Of a stretch of DNA of 64,000 nucleotides, positions 25,455 through 38,632 are shown one piece after another (position 1 is the stretch's first letter; every line of letters starts with the position of its first letter). This DNA is from Antedon mediterranea (Eukaryota > Animalia > Echinodermata). The notes beneath the pieces are model-generated. The model did not search any database and was not told the origin of the DNA. It saw nothing but the letters and a program-made list of their open reading frames with translations. A program made the translations under genes and the position numbers. The DNA lies in contig NC_092674.1 of the NCBI RefSeq assembly GCF_964355755.1, positions 16,616,001 to 16,680,000 on the forward strand. Direction: 5' to 3'.

Positions 25455-26822
25455 CGTTTATTCACCAAATGGAATAGTTATTGAATAGAAAATTGTACAA
25501 AGAACAGACGTGTGTGAATGTAGCCTAATTCCAATGCAAGACTCCAAAAATTACAAATTAAAAATATGGACTATATATAGGGATAACAATGTAAAATTAA
25601 AAGTTAATATTTTTCAAACAAATTATAATACATTGCCTGTTAAGTTAGTATTTTGTATCAATATATAAAGAAAGAATTATGAAAATATGACTTGTAGTTT
25701 TCGAAATATAGAGTTTAAAACATCGCCGAAAATGATCGTTTTTAGCAACAAACGGTGTAAACAAATTGCGCCCTCAGTCGACAATTGTATGAACTAGTCA
25801 TTTTTCGTAAAAATAATTATATAAAATCACGGTATTTTGTATATCAACATTGTAAAATTTAATAAAATATGATATTACTTATTTATTATATATTTGAAGA
25901 ATTTCAATGCATTATTTTCCCGTGTAATTTGACAGGCCTGACACCATGTGACTTCACGGCACTCGCAAGTAAATTATTCCGCTGTGATTCGAGTCAACCA
26001 ATCAAGGGGCGAGAATCCAAAATCGTTCAACCATGAGACCTGCGGAGCGGTCGAATGCGGAGGTTTGATTGGCTTGCGATGACATCATACCATAAAATGG
26101 CGTTTTTTAGTTGAGCCCCTCGGAATTTTCCAAAAATTATTTTTAAAATGGACAAAACGGATATTTTTCATGGTTGTTACTATGAAATATTTGAATCATA
26201 AAGGCCTCATATCGGGATAAAACTGTTTTTTGCACTATAACTATATTATCTTGGTGTAGGAATAAAAAAAACATTTTGAGGTCATAAGAGGCTCAACTAC
26301 GTACAAAAGGTTGAAAATGGTATGTCATTGAGCCTTTCGAGGGTTTTGTAGTAAACAAAAGCTATACGCGCTAGGCGATAACGATCTTTTAACCACTATT
26401 TTCACATTTTTGGTTGAATCAAATGGGAATAAAAAATACTTGATTTTATAGAATAATAGGTAAATAAATATTTACTCAAAGGGGTATTTTCATAATTAAT
26501 TTATTTTCAGAATAATAACCTAATAAAAAGTGTTTACCAAAGTAAAAATGACATTGCGCGCATAGTAACGCGTGTGCTGTTTAATCGTGGTAATGAAAAT
26601 GGAGTCCGCTCTCGGTATCCCTACTATATATCTTAAACACATTTCCGAAAAGATTAGCAAATCTTCACTTGTTGTTTGGACATGTCAGAAAACATTCTCC
26701 TCATTGTTTGTACATTCATACCCCACACTCCATGTGCACACATGCTGTCAGAATCAAGTTCATTATGAAAATTGAACATTAAAATAAAAGTATTAATTAA
26801 ATTAGAAAATTGTTTTACTTAC

Positions 26823-26949
26823 TTTATTCTCTGTAAAAAAGCTGGTCTATTCTCAATTTCATCAGGAAGCATGGACAATATATGCTTTAAATTGTGTGCT
26901 TGTTGATTTAGCTTATTGAACTCTGGCTCAGGACGCATAATCATGTACT
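26823..26949 (-). CDS. PDCD10: PDCD10 coding exon 3
   Basis: [43 protein letters not shown] matches [43 protein letters not shown]. tgtag/gtaagt sites, 127 bp, phase 1 to 2. Confidence 0.95.
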
Positions 26950-27599
26950 CTACAATAGATATATTGCTAGATGATTAATTGATGAATGAATACGCAAAAA
27001 ACTTAAATTTAATTAAGTAATTGAATTTACATGTACAAAATATACCACATACTTTATCTATGATCTACAATTACTATCAGACTGACTATTGCAATTTTTC
27101 AAATTGTTTAGATTGAAACTACTAGTCATGAATCCTTTGTTATACTGTATGGCTGACCAAAAAAAAAAAAAAAACCCCCAGTTCAACAATACCACACAAT
27201 ATTGTCCTGAACGAAGACTACTTCACTAGGATTTATTATTGATTAGTATGCAGTTAATTTACCGAATTCTATTAATAATACTTTTAAAAGTGTTTGCTGT
27301 TTTATTTCATTTAAATTACATCTAGGTGGTATTTATTTGATTATACATATTACCATATTATACCCCAAATAAAGATGCCTCCCCTCCCCCTAAAAACCCC
27401 TTTGAACAATAAATGCCCGGGGCGTTTAATCGGATACACATCGCAAGTTACTTCTAGCATTCTGAAAAGAATTGTTGAGCTTGACGTTTCTATCAAAATG
27501 TTCTTGGGGACAGCAATAACTAGTACTTGAAATTGAAACAATTTAAAGTATCAGTTATTGCATAACATTACTGTCTAAGGATAAGTTATGTAGAGATAT

Positions 27600-28363
27600 G
27601 TTTTTTGTTTGAAACATTAGTAATAGTATTTCTGTTCATCTTTTAACCACATTTTCTATTACAATGAATGTAAATATGTATATTTCGAACAATTTGATAC
27701 TAAATTTAAGTTTCTACGACCAGTACTTACAGAGATATGAATATGCCATGATATGTGGGTCAAAGGTCATGGCATTTCTGATAATGTTTGACTAAAATGT
27801 CCCATTAGATTGAATATGAAAGCATGCCTTCTGAACATTTTGAGACTAAAATTGACTTGCTGCGACGAGTGGTTGCCGAGATACAAGTATCTATTTATAT
27901 TTGTTCATATAACCCTTGACCCTGACCCTTTGACCTTTTGTAACATTTTTTAAAATGTGCAACAAATAATAAAATTTTAATTTCGAACAATTTAAGACCA
28001 AATTCAAGTGTCTACGGTGAGTAGTTACGGAGATACATACATGCCCTGGGGTGTGGGTCAAAGGTCAGAAATGGCATTTCCGGTCATTTTTTACTAAAAT
28101 TTTCCATTAGACTGAATATAAATGTATACCTTCTGATCAATTTGAGACCAAAATTACCTCGCTGTGACCAGTGGTTGTCGAGATTTAAGGACCTATTGGT
28201 GTTTAGTTCGATAACCTTTCACCCTGACCTTTTGACCTTTCGCCACATTTTCAAAATGTGTAACCAAGCCAATAATGATTGTTTGACCATCCTAAACCAA
28301 TTTCTGAAGTCAAATTCTCTGGACCTCAAAGTGCATACGAAAGTTGATCTAGCTACTAGAGTA
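27600..28363 (+). mobile_element. Truncated Academ-like non-autonomous element
   Basis: Reverse-complement copy of 47915-48620, with ggtcaaaggtca subrepeats; ends gagta|taa. Confidence 0.65.
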
Positions 28364-28429
28364 TAAAGGACAATTTATTATTGAGTTGAAAAACGCACTC
28401 TTATCCTTCCATTTTTTGGCTCCTTTTTT

Positions 28430-29250
28430 CCTTAAATGTAGAAAAATTTATCTCTATTTATGATGATCAAAGCATCAGGTGATTTTGTTTCGATATCATA
28501 TGTAGCCACAAACATTTCCTGAATGGCACTTTTAGCTAATGTTTTATCAGGCATGTAAACGGTCATTACGATGACGTGTGAGAACTCTCGTGGTATGTAG
28601 TATGGCCGAATGTTAGTCACCATGATTTCTGAGTTTGGAGTACATACATGGGATTTTACCGATACGTTATTTGCATGGCAATATCCCTTGCGATTTACCA
28701 GTTGCCAGCGAGTATCTATCCATATCTATATAAAAACCACTTAGCTCAGTATGACTATCATTGTGTTGGTCAGTTAGCCAGGTTTCAATGAAATTAAACT
28801 TGCATTCCTAAATTCATTTAGGTGCTGCACATTTGATCCGAGCCATTAATTTTCAGCCATTGTTGGCTATCCAGCGATTGTACATTACCGATTATCAGTG
28901 ACAGGATGTATGGTCTGGATCCTCTCCGTCGAATTTGTTTCTAAGACCTCCTGCTTTGCCTAGTTTGCGGCGTTTGATTTCTTTAAGCCAGTCAATGTAC
29001 TTCCCAAGGGAGGTATTATTCAGATACGCTTTGTCCAGGTGTGCTTGGTTTTGATCACGTAGTCGTAGTAGCTCACTCCTAAAACTCATGGCCAACATAA
29101 AATAACCAATTAACAGATAAACTATCGTTCTCCAAAACATCAGGAAAAAATAAACACAAAACTGCTCAAATAAATACTATAAAGGACAGAAATCACCAAC
29201 TTTCACAGACGAAAAATGCAATCTGTGTCGCCTCACTGAGCAGCGCCACT
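28430..29250 (-). pseudogene. 5' fragment of a Rex1/Babar-like LINE (leader plus AP endonuclease)
   Basis: Hydrophobic leader with KRRKLGKAGG, then IRPYYIPREFSHVIVMTVYMP...PDALIII; frameshifted. Confidence 0.6.
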
Positions 29251-30049
29251 CTATTTAGACGTATTTACTGATTGTTGTAAGCTTACTACTAGCAGCTGAG
29301 CCTAGGACTGACTGGGTTTAGAAGACCAGTATTTCCCCAATAACATTCAAAATTTTGATTGTACAGTTGACAGACGGTCGAGGAGATTTTACAAAAACTA
29401 GAAAGTTGTTGATAGTTGACGTCACATCAATCATGTCGTTGATAATAATCCATAATCCACAATTACCGTGCGGTATTTTCACAAAATAGAATCTGTTTTT
29501 ATCCTGAGCGGATTTCCACTCAACCGCCTGTCCACTCCATGTTCTGTGTAAATGGGCCCAACACTGCGTAACTCTAGTGATCCAGTGTTTAACACAGTAG
29601 GGCCGATCTGAGGTCATCGCTCACATACAGTACGATCATTGAGTGGCTGGTGATAGCTTAGCTGTTCACATGGATTAGGAGAGAGTGTGGGTCGTAAAAG
29701 TCAATTATTTTAATTATTATTGTTTGAAAGAAGGTGCTGAATTGTCTTTTAAGAGTAATAAGCATAGTCATTTTAAGATTTGTTCCTGGTTGTAATAAGG
29801 AATGTAATGAGTTTACACAATATTACCTGGGAAGCTTTTCTCTTTTTGCGTGACAATGGTCGTCCAAGGTTTGGGCCTGTTTTTTAAGCTATTTCATTGC
29901 ATTTCCTTTATTGCATCAAGTAAACAATGATGAAATAATTTGGTTACTTCTATCACATCCTAGATTACCAAGAGCAGCTTCATACTTGATCATCGGATGT
30001 TATATACCACCAGCGTTTTTCTTACAACAAGCACTTTATTCATTAATAA

Positions 30050-31313
30050 GACTTGAGGAGGGTGGCTGTTTCGAAAACTGCTGGCCCTGATGGCATTCCA
30101 CAGAAAATGATCAAGGAATGTGCTTATGTATTTAGCCTACCTGTCACGCATATCATCAACTCGTCACATGCTGAGGGCAAAGTTCCCTCGCAATGGAAAA
30201 TGGCCAATGTGGTCCCTCTTCCAAAGACACCCCCCCCCTCCCCCCTCCATTGATAAATTAAGGCTCATCTTACTAACATGTACCTTAGCTAAGATTGTTG
30301 AAAAAAGGGTGTCGAAAGTTGTTATTAACGACAAATTAAGTCGTTTATTGATCCTCAGCAATATGGCAATCAGAAAGGGGTGTCCACGACCAACTGCCTG
30401 ATAGATGTGTAAATTTCTTAATTTCTAATATCCTCTCTTGTCACAGATTTTACTAAAGCATTCGATACCATAGATCACAGAATCGCCTTTGATACAGTAG
30501 ATCATATAATCTAGGTTTATCACCATTTATCTTGCAGTGGGTTGTTGACTTCCTGTCTGATTGCAAACAAAGATGTAATTATAAAAATTGTTTCTCCGAT
30601 TGGGAGGTTCTAAAAGGAGGCGTGCCCCAAGGGACTATTTTAGCTCCACTAATTTTTCTGTGTGTTATAAACTCTGATCTTAATGATATTGATAATGAAC
30701 CTAGTGCTCATATTAATGAATTCCATGTTTGAAAATATGTCGATGGCCTGACACTTGGAGAAAGTAAGTCTCGCAAGGATCAGATAAACTATATGATCGG
30801 TCAACCAATAATAAACTTGCGCTGAAGTGTCAGGTCATGCAAATTTATTTTGGTCGTAACAATATTCCAAACACAAATTTTCACATTTCTAATTTTTTTT
30901 CTACGTGTCGTGTTAAGTGATGACCTTAAATGGTATAGCCACGTTGACCAAATGATATCAAAAAAGCAAATTAAAAAAGGTTTATGCTAAGAAAATTAAG
31001 AGAATTTGGTTTGAACCATAGAGAATTAGTAAGTGTTTACTTGGGCTATATTCTTTTAGAATATGCTGCCCCTGTATGGTCTGGTGGGCTTTCTGTAAAA
31101 ATTCATGTTTCACTTGAAAGGGTGCAGAAACGCAGGACCAACCTGTGCATAAGTTTTGCAAAAAAAGTAAACAAAAATGAATGTTTTAATCACTGGCTAC
31201 CAAAATCAAAAAATGTTTCATCAATGCAACTTAGAAATAAAAGGAATATGAAATCCCTGTCACAAAAACTGAAAGTACTATGGATGTACGTATCCGAAAT
31301 AAAAGTAAAATGA
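30050..31313 (+). pseudogene. Decayed LINE reverse transcriptase (CR1 group)
   Basis: SKTAGPDGIP, WKMANVVPLPK, DFTKAFDTIDH, GVPQGTILAPLIF and LEYAAPVWS motifs, with frameshifts and stops. Confidence 0.85.
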
Positions 31314-31490
31314 ATGAATGTTAAACAATCTCAAATATCAAAAAGAGACATGCAAAACAAATTTAGGATTTTGGGTTTTGTTTTTAAAAAAAACCCTGTA
31401 TATGCGGGTGTTGCTATAGCTAGGTATTCTTCAGAATAGCCACTCCACCACTAGAACTTAGAAGGTTACAAATTTTAAATATGTACATAC

Positions 31491-31662
31491 CTTCACTATC
31501 ATAAGCTGCTAAGCGTAGAAGGCATTCAGCTAATTTCACATCTGCAGACTTTGCCTTAAGTATGCCATTGACAAGATCCTGTGTAAAGCCTGGATGTTTT
31601 TTCTCAACTTTGTTTAATGCTGCTCTCAATGTTTGGGCTGCAGCAAGATCTGTTTTTTGTAA
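31491..31662 (-). CDS. PDCD10: PDCD10 coding exon 2
   Basis: [57 protein letters not shown] matches PDCD10 [24 protein letters not shown]...ESLLRMAADDVE. ag/gtatgt sites, 172 bp, phase 0 to 1. Confidence 0.95.
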
Positions 31663-32269
31663 CTATGTTTGATATTAAATATTGTAAGTCTTTCTTATAT
31701 TAATATTGTGAAATTTATTTATTTTACAAATCCAATATGAATTTGAATAAATTAATTGAAATATCAAATTTCTAAACAACACTTAATAAGGTCAAGCATT
31801 TTTGCAAAAAGCAGCATTATCATCTGGCAGTCTAACTGGCATTACATGGAGCATTTATGTTGAAAGCATTATCAAATGCTGATGGTAGCAAAACATGAAC
31901 AATTGAAAAAAGACTTTCAAAACTGGCTTGATGGCACCTACCCTGACAATTTAGCCTAATTTAGCCTATGTTGATGGATTGGGGTGAGAGAAAGTGCTGA
32001 AATGGGCAGCGCGTATGAGTTGTGGAAAATCATTGTTGGTGAGGTATTATACAAAATGTACCAGTACTACTATGTAAAACATTGCAGCGCTATATAAAAA
32101 GCTACATAGCACATGAATTCACTCATCTTTCTTAATTACAATCAATTTCCATATTCCAGACAACCATGTTATGTTTGGTTTAAATTTACATTAGGGAAGA
32201 ACAGAATTACTATAACATTTCTCTACATTTCTGAAAAGAGGAGTTAAAAAGAAAATTATTATTACTCAC

Positions 32270-32347
32270 CTCATCTAAAACTGGAAATATTACAACATGC
32301 AATGGAAGCGAGACAACTGATGATCCATCATCATCTTCCATTATCAT
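32270..32347 (-). CDS. PDCD10: Programmed cell death protein 10 (CCM3), coding exon 1
   Basis: Translates MIMEDDDGSSVVSLPLHVVIFPVLDE, resembling the PDCD10 N-terminus (SMVSMPLYAVMYPVFNE). Preceded by a ctacag acceptor and followed by a gtgagt donor, phase 0. Confidence 0.92.
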
Positions 32348-32519
32348 TCTGTAGTGAAGTGGTTTCAGGGAAAACTTTAAAAATAAATATATAATATAAA
32401 GTTTTTTTGCTTATTTACTTTAAAAGTGGCGGATATCTGGATAGGCCTAGACTAGTAGGGACTATTCAACGAGGAAACAGACAACCGGGCCCATTGTAAG
32501 GTGATCAGGCCAAATAATA

Positions 32520-32642
32520 TTATTATTATCATCAGGTCATAAATGCAGTAATCTTTTCCTGTTCGCATTTTCTAGCGTACGTGCACGTGGCGTTGTGGTG
32601 CGGATAACCAACTCGTCAAAGTGACGAGTTCAAATCTAGTTT
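32520..32642 (+). mobile_element. HINE family 1 terminal fragment
   Basis: gcggataacc-aactcgtcaaagtgacgagtt-caaatctagtt: subTIR, hairpin and CTAG-TT end. Confidence 0.75.
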
Positions 32643-33358
32643 TAGTTAAGATCATGGGACTGCAGACTCTTGTAGTTAGAGTAATCTTTATTTACTTTAG
32701 CAGTCTCTGACCAATTAACTGTATATTTTTCATTTGGTTTGTTGGTCAAATAAATGTAAATGAAATAGGCCTAGGGTTTGTTTGATCAGGATGATGAGAC
32801 GAGAATACACATTGTGTCGTCTCGCTTGTCAAGCATGCAGCAGCAACGAGAGAGAAAGATGGGAGGAGACATATAACGTAACATGATAACATGACCTTAA
32901 CAACTAACCACCAAACTGCTGAAAAAAAATATACAGCGCTTTTTTGATATTTTCAAAAAATTGTTGAATTTGTTTGTTTGTACATACTAATATTAATATA
33001 CTGAAGTAAATAACAGAAAGAAAAGCCCTTGAGTACACCTCCACTCAGTCAGAAAGCTATGTTGGTAACGCATCACTGATTTCATTAATTGTGAGGTTGC
33101 GCTTTGTGGAAAATGGAGGAATTTTTCCAATTTTAGTACACTTAAAAAATGGTATAATTTTAATATTAGATACAATTAGTAAACAATAAACGTATTTCAA
33201 TACAAGCATAAATAAAAACTGCGATCTAAATTCCACAGTTTTTTTTGCGTTTTGAGAAATATCATTATTTTATGTATGAAATTATGTTTTTTTTTAATGA
33301 AAATCATTCAATTTCATATTTTCGAGATAAGAGGCGGATTGCTATAAAACAGTCATAA

Positions 33359-34474
33359 CACTTTGACTGCCAGAGGTTTTTCCAATTAGAAACTGCAACC
33401 GCCAGCGTTTTTAGCCCAATTCGATGTTTTTATTAAAGCTGATTGAAACTATGTATGTGATCTGATTTATATGTAATTTAGACTAAAATAATCATAAAGA
33501 TTTTAGCTTTACAATGGTACCAAGAACGATTTTCAAATCGCAATATGTAAATCGTAATAGTAAAATAAAAGTAACCCACTTTTTTAGTTTTTCGTAGTTT
33601 CGCGCAAGAAAGTTGAGATATTCGCGATTTTGTGCAAGACATCACAATATGAAAATATCACTCGGTGAGATCAACAAACAATGAAAAAGTTACTTACACG
33701 GCACCGATAGGCCTATAAAAACAAGTTATCACTATCGAAAAATGTATTACCTTTTATAAATCATAAATCTTACATCAATGTTTCGCCAAAATCCACATAG
33801 TAAAGACACCAGGCCTAATTAACCAGGCCTAAAGTTTGTCCGGAACCGTTTTACGACTAGGCCTAGCTTAGCCATTTTCATGGTTTTTAAATTCGCGAAA
33901 GAATTTGCAATTTTGGGGAAAAAAATCGGCGACCTTTCACAAATTTTGCAAAAGCAAATTTGACCTTAGCGTTAGCGTAGATATCCATACCATTCCTAAA
34001 CAAGTTTGTTGCGTGAAACTCGGTCACTTACAGTGAAACACCAAAACAATTAGGGTATACATACAATAATAAAATTAAATTAAAGACTTCATATGAAAAT
34101 GACTCCATTAATTTTTATTCAGATAACAAATAACATACCAATCCACAAAAACCTTTGTAATGCTTCGGCGGCATAGCTAGCGCGCGACCGATACACAATG
34201 CGCCAAGCTATCGCTCTACGCGCTACTGTGATGCGCGGTGTATGTTATTTCGACAGGTACTATTTTGACAGTCATTCGTAACCAGATTAGTTACTTTCAA
34301 ATAGTAAAATATTGACAGTCCAGACCGAATATATTGTCCATATTTATAGTATACCAATAATTAACCTATCTACCGGATTTCGTAAAAAAAACGCGAAACA
34401 CGAAGATCCTTGTGTTTGGCAGTCAAGCGTTGTGTTTCCAAACACGAAGATCTTCGTGTTTGGCAGTCAAAGTG
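33359..34474. mobile_element. piggyBac-type non-autonomous element
   Basis: ataa|cactttgactgcca ... tggcagtcaaagtg|ttaa, with a duplicated subterminal palindrome aaacacgaagatcttcgtgttt. Confidence 0.75.
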
Positions 34475-34510
34475 TTAACTGATGGTCTTAACTCCCCAAA
34501 AAGCTGGCTT

Positions 34511-35240
34511 TTACTTACTTGTTTACTTGTTTCCCGTACACTTTCGTCTACGGGATCGAGGCGAAGCACTCAGTGCTTAAAAGCCCCTCTTAGCAATAAA
34601 ATCATATTCTATATAGGGTGAAAACTTCAGCGGGTGGTTAGACCATGCGACGTTAAGTTTTGCTTTGAACAAGTTCACCGTAGCACATGAAACTACATCC
34701 GCAGGCAGAGCATTCCATAAGAGAATAACTCTCCTGGAGAACGTGTCCCTCCTAATATTAAGACGAGAGCTTTTAAACTTGAGTTTATATGGGTGTCCAC
34801 GGGTCCGAGATTCTAGATCAAATTCAAAAAATGTGTTGATCGAAATACGATCGAAACTTTTAACAATCCTAAAGACTTGGATAATATCCGCTCTCTGCCT
34901 TCGATATCTCATGGTAGGAAGACCAAGAATTCTCAAACGTTGTTCATAAGGAATATTACGGTACCTAGGAATCAATCTTGTTGCTCTTTGCTGGACCTTC
35001 TCTATTTCGTCCTGATCTCGTTTTCTAATAGGATTATAAACAGTGTTACAATATTCAAGCGTTGGCCTTACAATAGACTTATACAGCTTCAAAAATCCAT
35101 CTTTATTCAAGAATTTAAAAGATCTATAAATCATTCCTAGTTTCTTATTAGCTCTTTTACAAATATCCGCTACATGCAAATTAAAGATTAAACTAGGATC
35201 AAAGGTAACACCTAGATCTTTCTCCTGCTTTACCTGCTTT
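34511..35240 (-). mobile_element. 5'-truncated CR1/L2-group LINE (RT C-terminus, open 200-aa frame at 34577-35179)
   Basis: LYKSIVRPTLEYC, EKVQQRATRLI, RTRGHPYKL and WNALP motifs; short 3' UTR and (AAGT/AAAC)n tail. Confidence 0.9.
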
Positions 35241-35870
35241 ATCAGATAGATGGTCTGGATCTGGATGAATACTGACGAAGGACCACATGGGTATAAGCCC
35301 CAGGGGTCTTACTAAGTCTAAAGCCACTCCTGTTAGACCATTGCTATAAAGCGGTCTTTAGACCGCGTACAGTAACAAATTAATAGAGGGCGTACTTTCC
35401 TAAGCGCTAAGACTGTTTATAGCAGTCCGCCCCCGTTAATATCTTTCACCAAATGGAATAGTGAATTGAAGACCGTTTATAGGCCTATAGACCGCTTGTA
35501 TACAAATAATAGCGCGACCAAAATAAAACGCGACTGATATCAATCAAACGTAACTAATATAATAAAAAGCGTATCTAGGCTAGCGCTCCATACAAAATAC
35601 CGGATGTTGATTTTATCGCAACCGATTTCAAGCGCGACCGATTTCATCTGACACCCTAACGAGGCTAGCCGGCTAGGCCTAGGCCTAGCCTAGGCCTAGA
35701 CGGATCCCGCCTAGACTACCGAGTATTTTTGTTTGTAGGCCTAGGCCTACCTAGGCTAGGCCTACTAGCCTATAGGTCTAGCCTAATTAATAAGCTCAAA
35801 AAGTATCTAAAAAATATTTTCATGTTGACATTATTCTCTTTTATGAATAAGGTAGGCCTAGATTACTTAC

Positions 35871-36110
35871 TTCCAACAAAATACGAATCGCCAGGCTCTA
35901 TGCGCAAGTAAAAAACGATCGAAATTTCATTGAATTGATTGATATTCGGAGTCGATCCACGTCCGTACGGAAAAAAAATCGCAACCCGGAAATAGTATAA
36001 TTAAAGAATATACAGTAATCGTCAGAGAAGAATGAGCAATCCGCGATTTTTGGATTGGAAATTTGTATCACTTTTAAAAGAGCATGGGTGCCCGCCCTCA
36101 CACGGGCGGA
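35871..36110 (-). promoter_or_regulatory. Candidate PDCD10 non-coding first exon and promoter
   Basis: Coding exon 1 has an acceptor just before the ATG, so a 5' UTR exon should exist. There is a gtaagt donor at 35865-35870 (minus), a CpG-richer tract, a CCGGAAAT ETS-like site near 35986 and GGGCGG near 36104. Inference only. Confidence 0.5.
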
Positions 36111-36551
36111 TGTATACAGACTAAAGAAGATACCGTATTATGTCACATTAAATACCTATGAAAATGTTATAATCCAAAAAATAGACAAATTTTATGGAAA
36201 AACGATCATCTTTATTGATTGATGACTCAATCCCATAATTAATCGTTGTGTTCTTTTAAAGTTTAATCTGTACATAGTTCCTTGATTTCTTTTTGATTTA
36301 TTTTGATTTATTTTTTACTACTTTTGATTTACTTTTGTTGTATACTCAGTTCGTAGTTTTTTTGGACGCACCGTTTGACACGTGTGCCACCGATATAAAG
36401 GTGTCGTTTTCAAAAAAAGATTATTATTTACTGTTACTATTTACAGTAATAATAACTAGTTATAGCCTAGTTATAGTAATAGTAAATAATAATCTTTATT
36501 GGAAAACGACACCTTTATATTGCTATTGCTATTATTCTTATTAGTATTGTT

Positions 36552-36730
36552 GGGGTGTCTAGAAAACTAAGATCTAGAAAACTAAGACCTAAGATATCTT
36601 AGTTTTCTAGATCTAGAAAACTAAGATATCTTAGGTCTTAGTTTTCTAGATCCGATGATGGTTGTCTGGAAAACTAAGATCTAGAAAACAAAGACCTAAA
36701 TCTTAGTTTTCTAGATCTAGAAAACTAATA
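36552..36730. repeat. MULE-like end with ctagaaaactaag(a) direct and inverted subrepeats
   Basis: ggggtgtctagaaaactaagatctagaaaactaagacc...; same design as the end at 4190. Confidence 0.55.
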
Positions 36731-36779
36731 ATTTTTTGTAATGGTGGGTTGTACCATTATATCAAGGGTAATGTATGTT

Positions 36780-37770
36780 TAGTGACTTTTCACGCTGCTG
36801 CTTTAGCCAGGTACGTCCCAAGAGGACTACTCATACAGAAGCTAAATCAAGCAGCATTTATAGTTCTAGAGACCGACGTTTTTGGTACTTTGTAAACTGG
36901 GACGGGTTATGCTAAAATTACAAGCCCCAAAGCACGTCTGGGAGAAGAGAGTCTATGAAAAAAATTGCTGATAATACAGTATTATAGAATGCATGTAGAC
37001 AGTAATCTGTAAAATCTTGTCCAATAAATAATGACTTTGTTTTTGCTGTCAACATAGGCCAGTATTATAATAATTCACTGTCAAATAATCAAAATATTAT
37101 TTCTGGTATTTACAATGAGTCCTATTTGACTGTCAATCTATATATTAATACTGTAATTCGCTGTCAGATAATCATTGAATTATTACCAAAACAGTCCATA
37201 TACAGTAATAGTAAAATGTTTGGTTATAATAAATAGGATACAATTTGTTCGGACACGTCACTTGAAGCATCTAGGTTTGATGAAGTGACCCCCAGACTTG
37301 ACCTTAGCAATAAAATAAACTAAAGTGACAGAAATTGAATCTGTTTAGTATAATAAAGTAATATTATTTAGACATCATTTTTATTTAAATTATTTAATAA
37401 GCAGATTCAGTATTTTTTATTTTTCAATTTCAACTGCACAATTATGACATATCGAAGTATGAATTCTTGTTGTATTTTACTTCAAATACAAAAGTTATTC
37501 ACTTCTGTAACAAAAAATTAATATTTATTCATGTATAAAAACAGAAAAGAAACGTTTAATTATAACCCAAAAACCATTGTCTGACAGACAATTTAAGTAT
37601 TTTTTGCTTTAAATTACATTTTTTCAGGTAAATAATTGTTTGGTTATTAATGTGAATAACTATTAGGCCTATGTGAAAATAAAATGACACATTCAAAAAC
37701 AAATTTGAAATAAAAAATATTTTTCAGAGGACAATATAATACGGTATATTGTCTTTTAAAACTGTACCGC
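36780..37770 (+). repeat. Dispersed repeat, longer copy of 6400-7010
   Basis: Colinear shared blocks, see 6400-7010. Confidence 0.75.
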
Positions 37771-37929
37771 CGAATGCTGAAAAAGCCGAACGTAATACTA
37801 AAAGAGCCGAATAGAATTAAAGTTTGCTGCCGGAGGCAGCGATGGCGTTCCATAGCAAAAAGATACTTGGTGTTATCCGCAGGAACTTTAATTCATGCAT
37901 GGAGGTATTTTATACCTCCATGATTCATG

Positions 37930-38570
37930 TAGGCCTACATCAGAGATAAAATCACGCTTATATTTATCACTTGTGCAACCAAAATTGGAGTGTGGCTGCG
38001 CAGCATTTCCAAGTACAATTTACAAACAAGGAAAGATACCGCTTAGATATGATCCAAAGATCAGCAGCCAAATTATGTAAAAATGACTATTCCCGGGAAT
38101 CAAGTGTCACATCAATGCTACATGAACTTGAATAGCAAAGTCTTGAGACAAGACGTACTATCACGCGGTTAATCATGTAATAAGTCACTCATTGGGAACA
38201 TCGATTGGAAAAACCTCTGCGTCAATAAAGAAAAACCCATGAACAAACGTCTTCTTCTTCTTATCGAATCCACAAATTAGATATTGTGTTTCAGCCAAAG
38301 CTGCACACAATCATGAGCAGCCGTTGAAGCAGCAAGGTCTTTTGCTGTGCATCTCTGATTCAAAAGTGGTTTATTGTTTGTGGCTCAGATCTGCACACAC
38401 AGGTTACATCTGCATTTTTCGAGTACAGCGGCCAACCAACGTCAACAAGACAAGAACGACTTTCCTCGAATATAGTTTTTTCCCATGGACAGTGAAACAT
38501 TGGAATGAATTACCACACAACATATTTTTGTTCAATTTTAAAATGGACTTAAAAAATACTTCGGCATAAT
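37930..38570 (+). pseudogene. Decayed LINE RT C-terminal fragment
   Basis: LYLSLVQPKLE, YSRESSVTSMLHEL and YSFFPWTVKHWNELP motifs. Confidence 0.7.
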
Positions 38571-38632
38571 GTGTACAATGAACTCATCACAACCTTCAAT
38601 CAACCCAGTCATATCAACAACTAAAGGTCGGG

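Larger units (their letters stand above)
22163..26042. mobile_element. Pair of ~60-110-bp inverted ends (hAT-like), possibly one old element
   Basis: ggttaaacgattttggattctcgccctttgattggttgac (22172) and its inverse ending ccatgagacctg (26042). No TSD seen. Confidence 0.45.
33331..35434. mobile_element. MITE hosting a piggyBac-type element and a LINE fragment
   Basis: Ends match 25066-25454; the interior is split by insertions. Confidence 0.65.

Noticed and set aside
31420-31490. C-terminal part of ORF 31420-31629
   Set aside because: It is read-through into the intron past the gtatgt donor; only 31491-31662 is PDCD10 exon.
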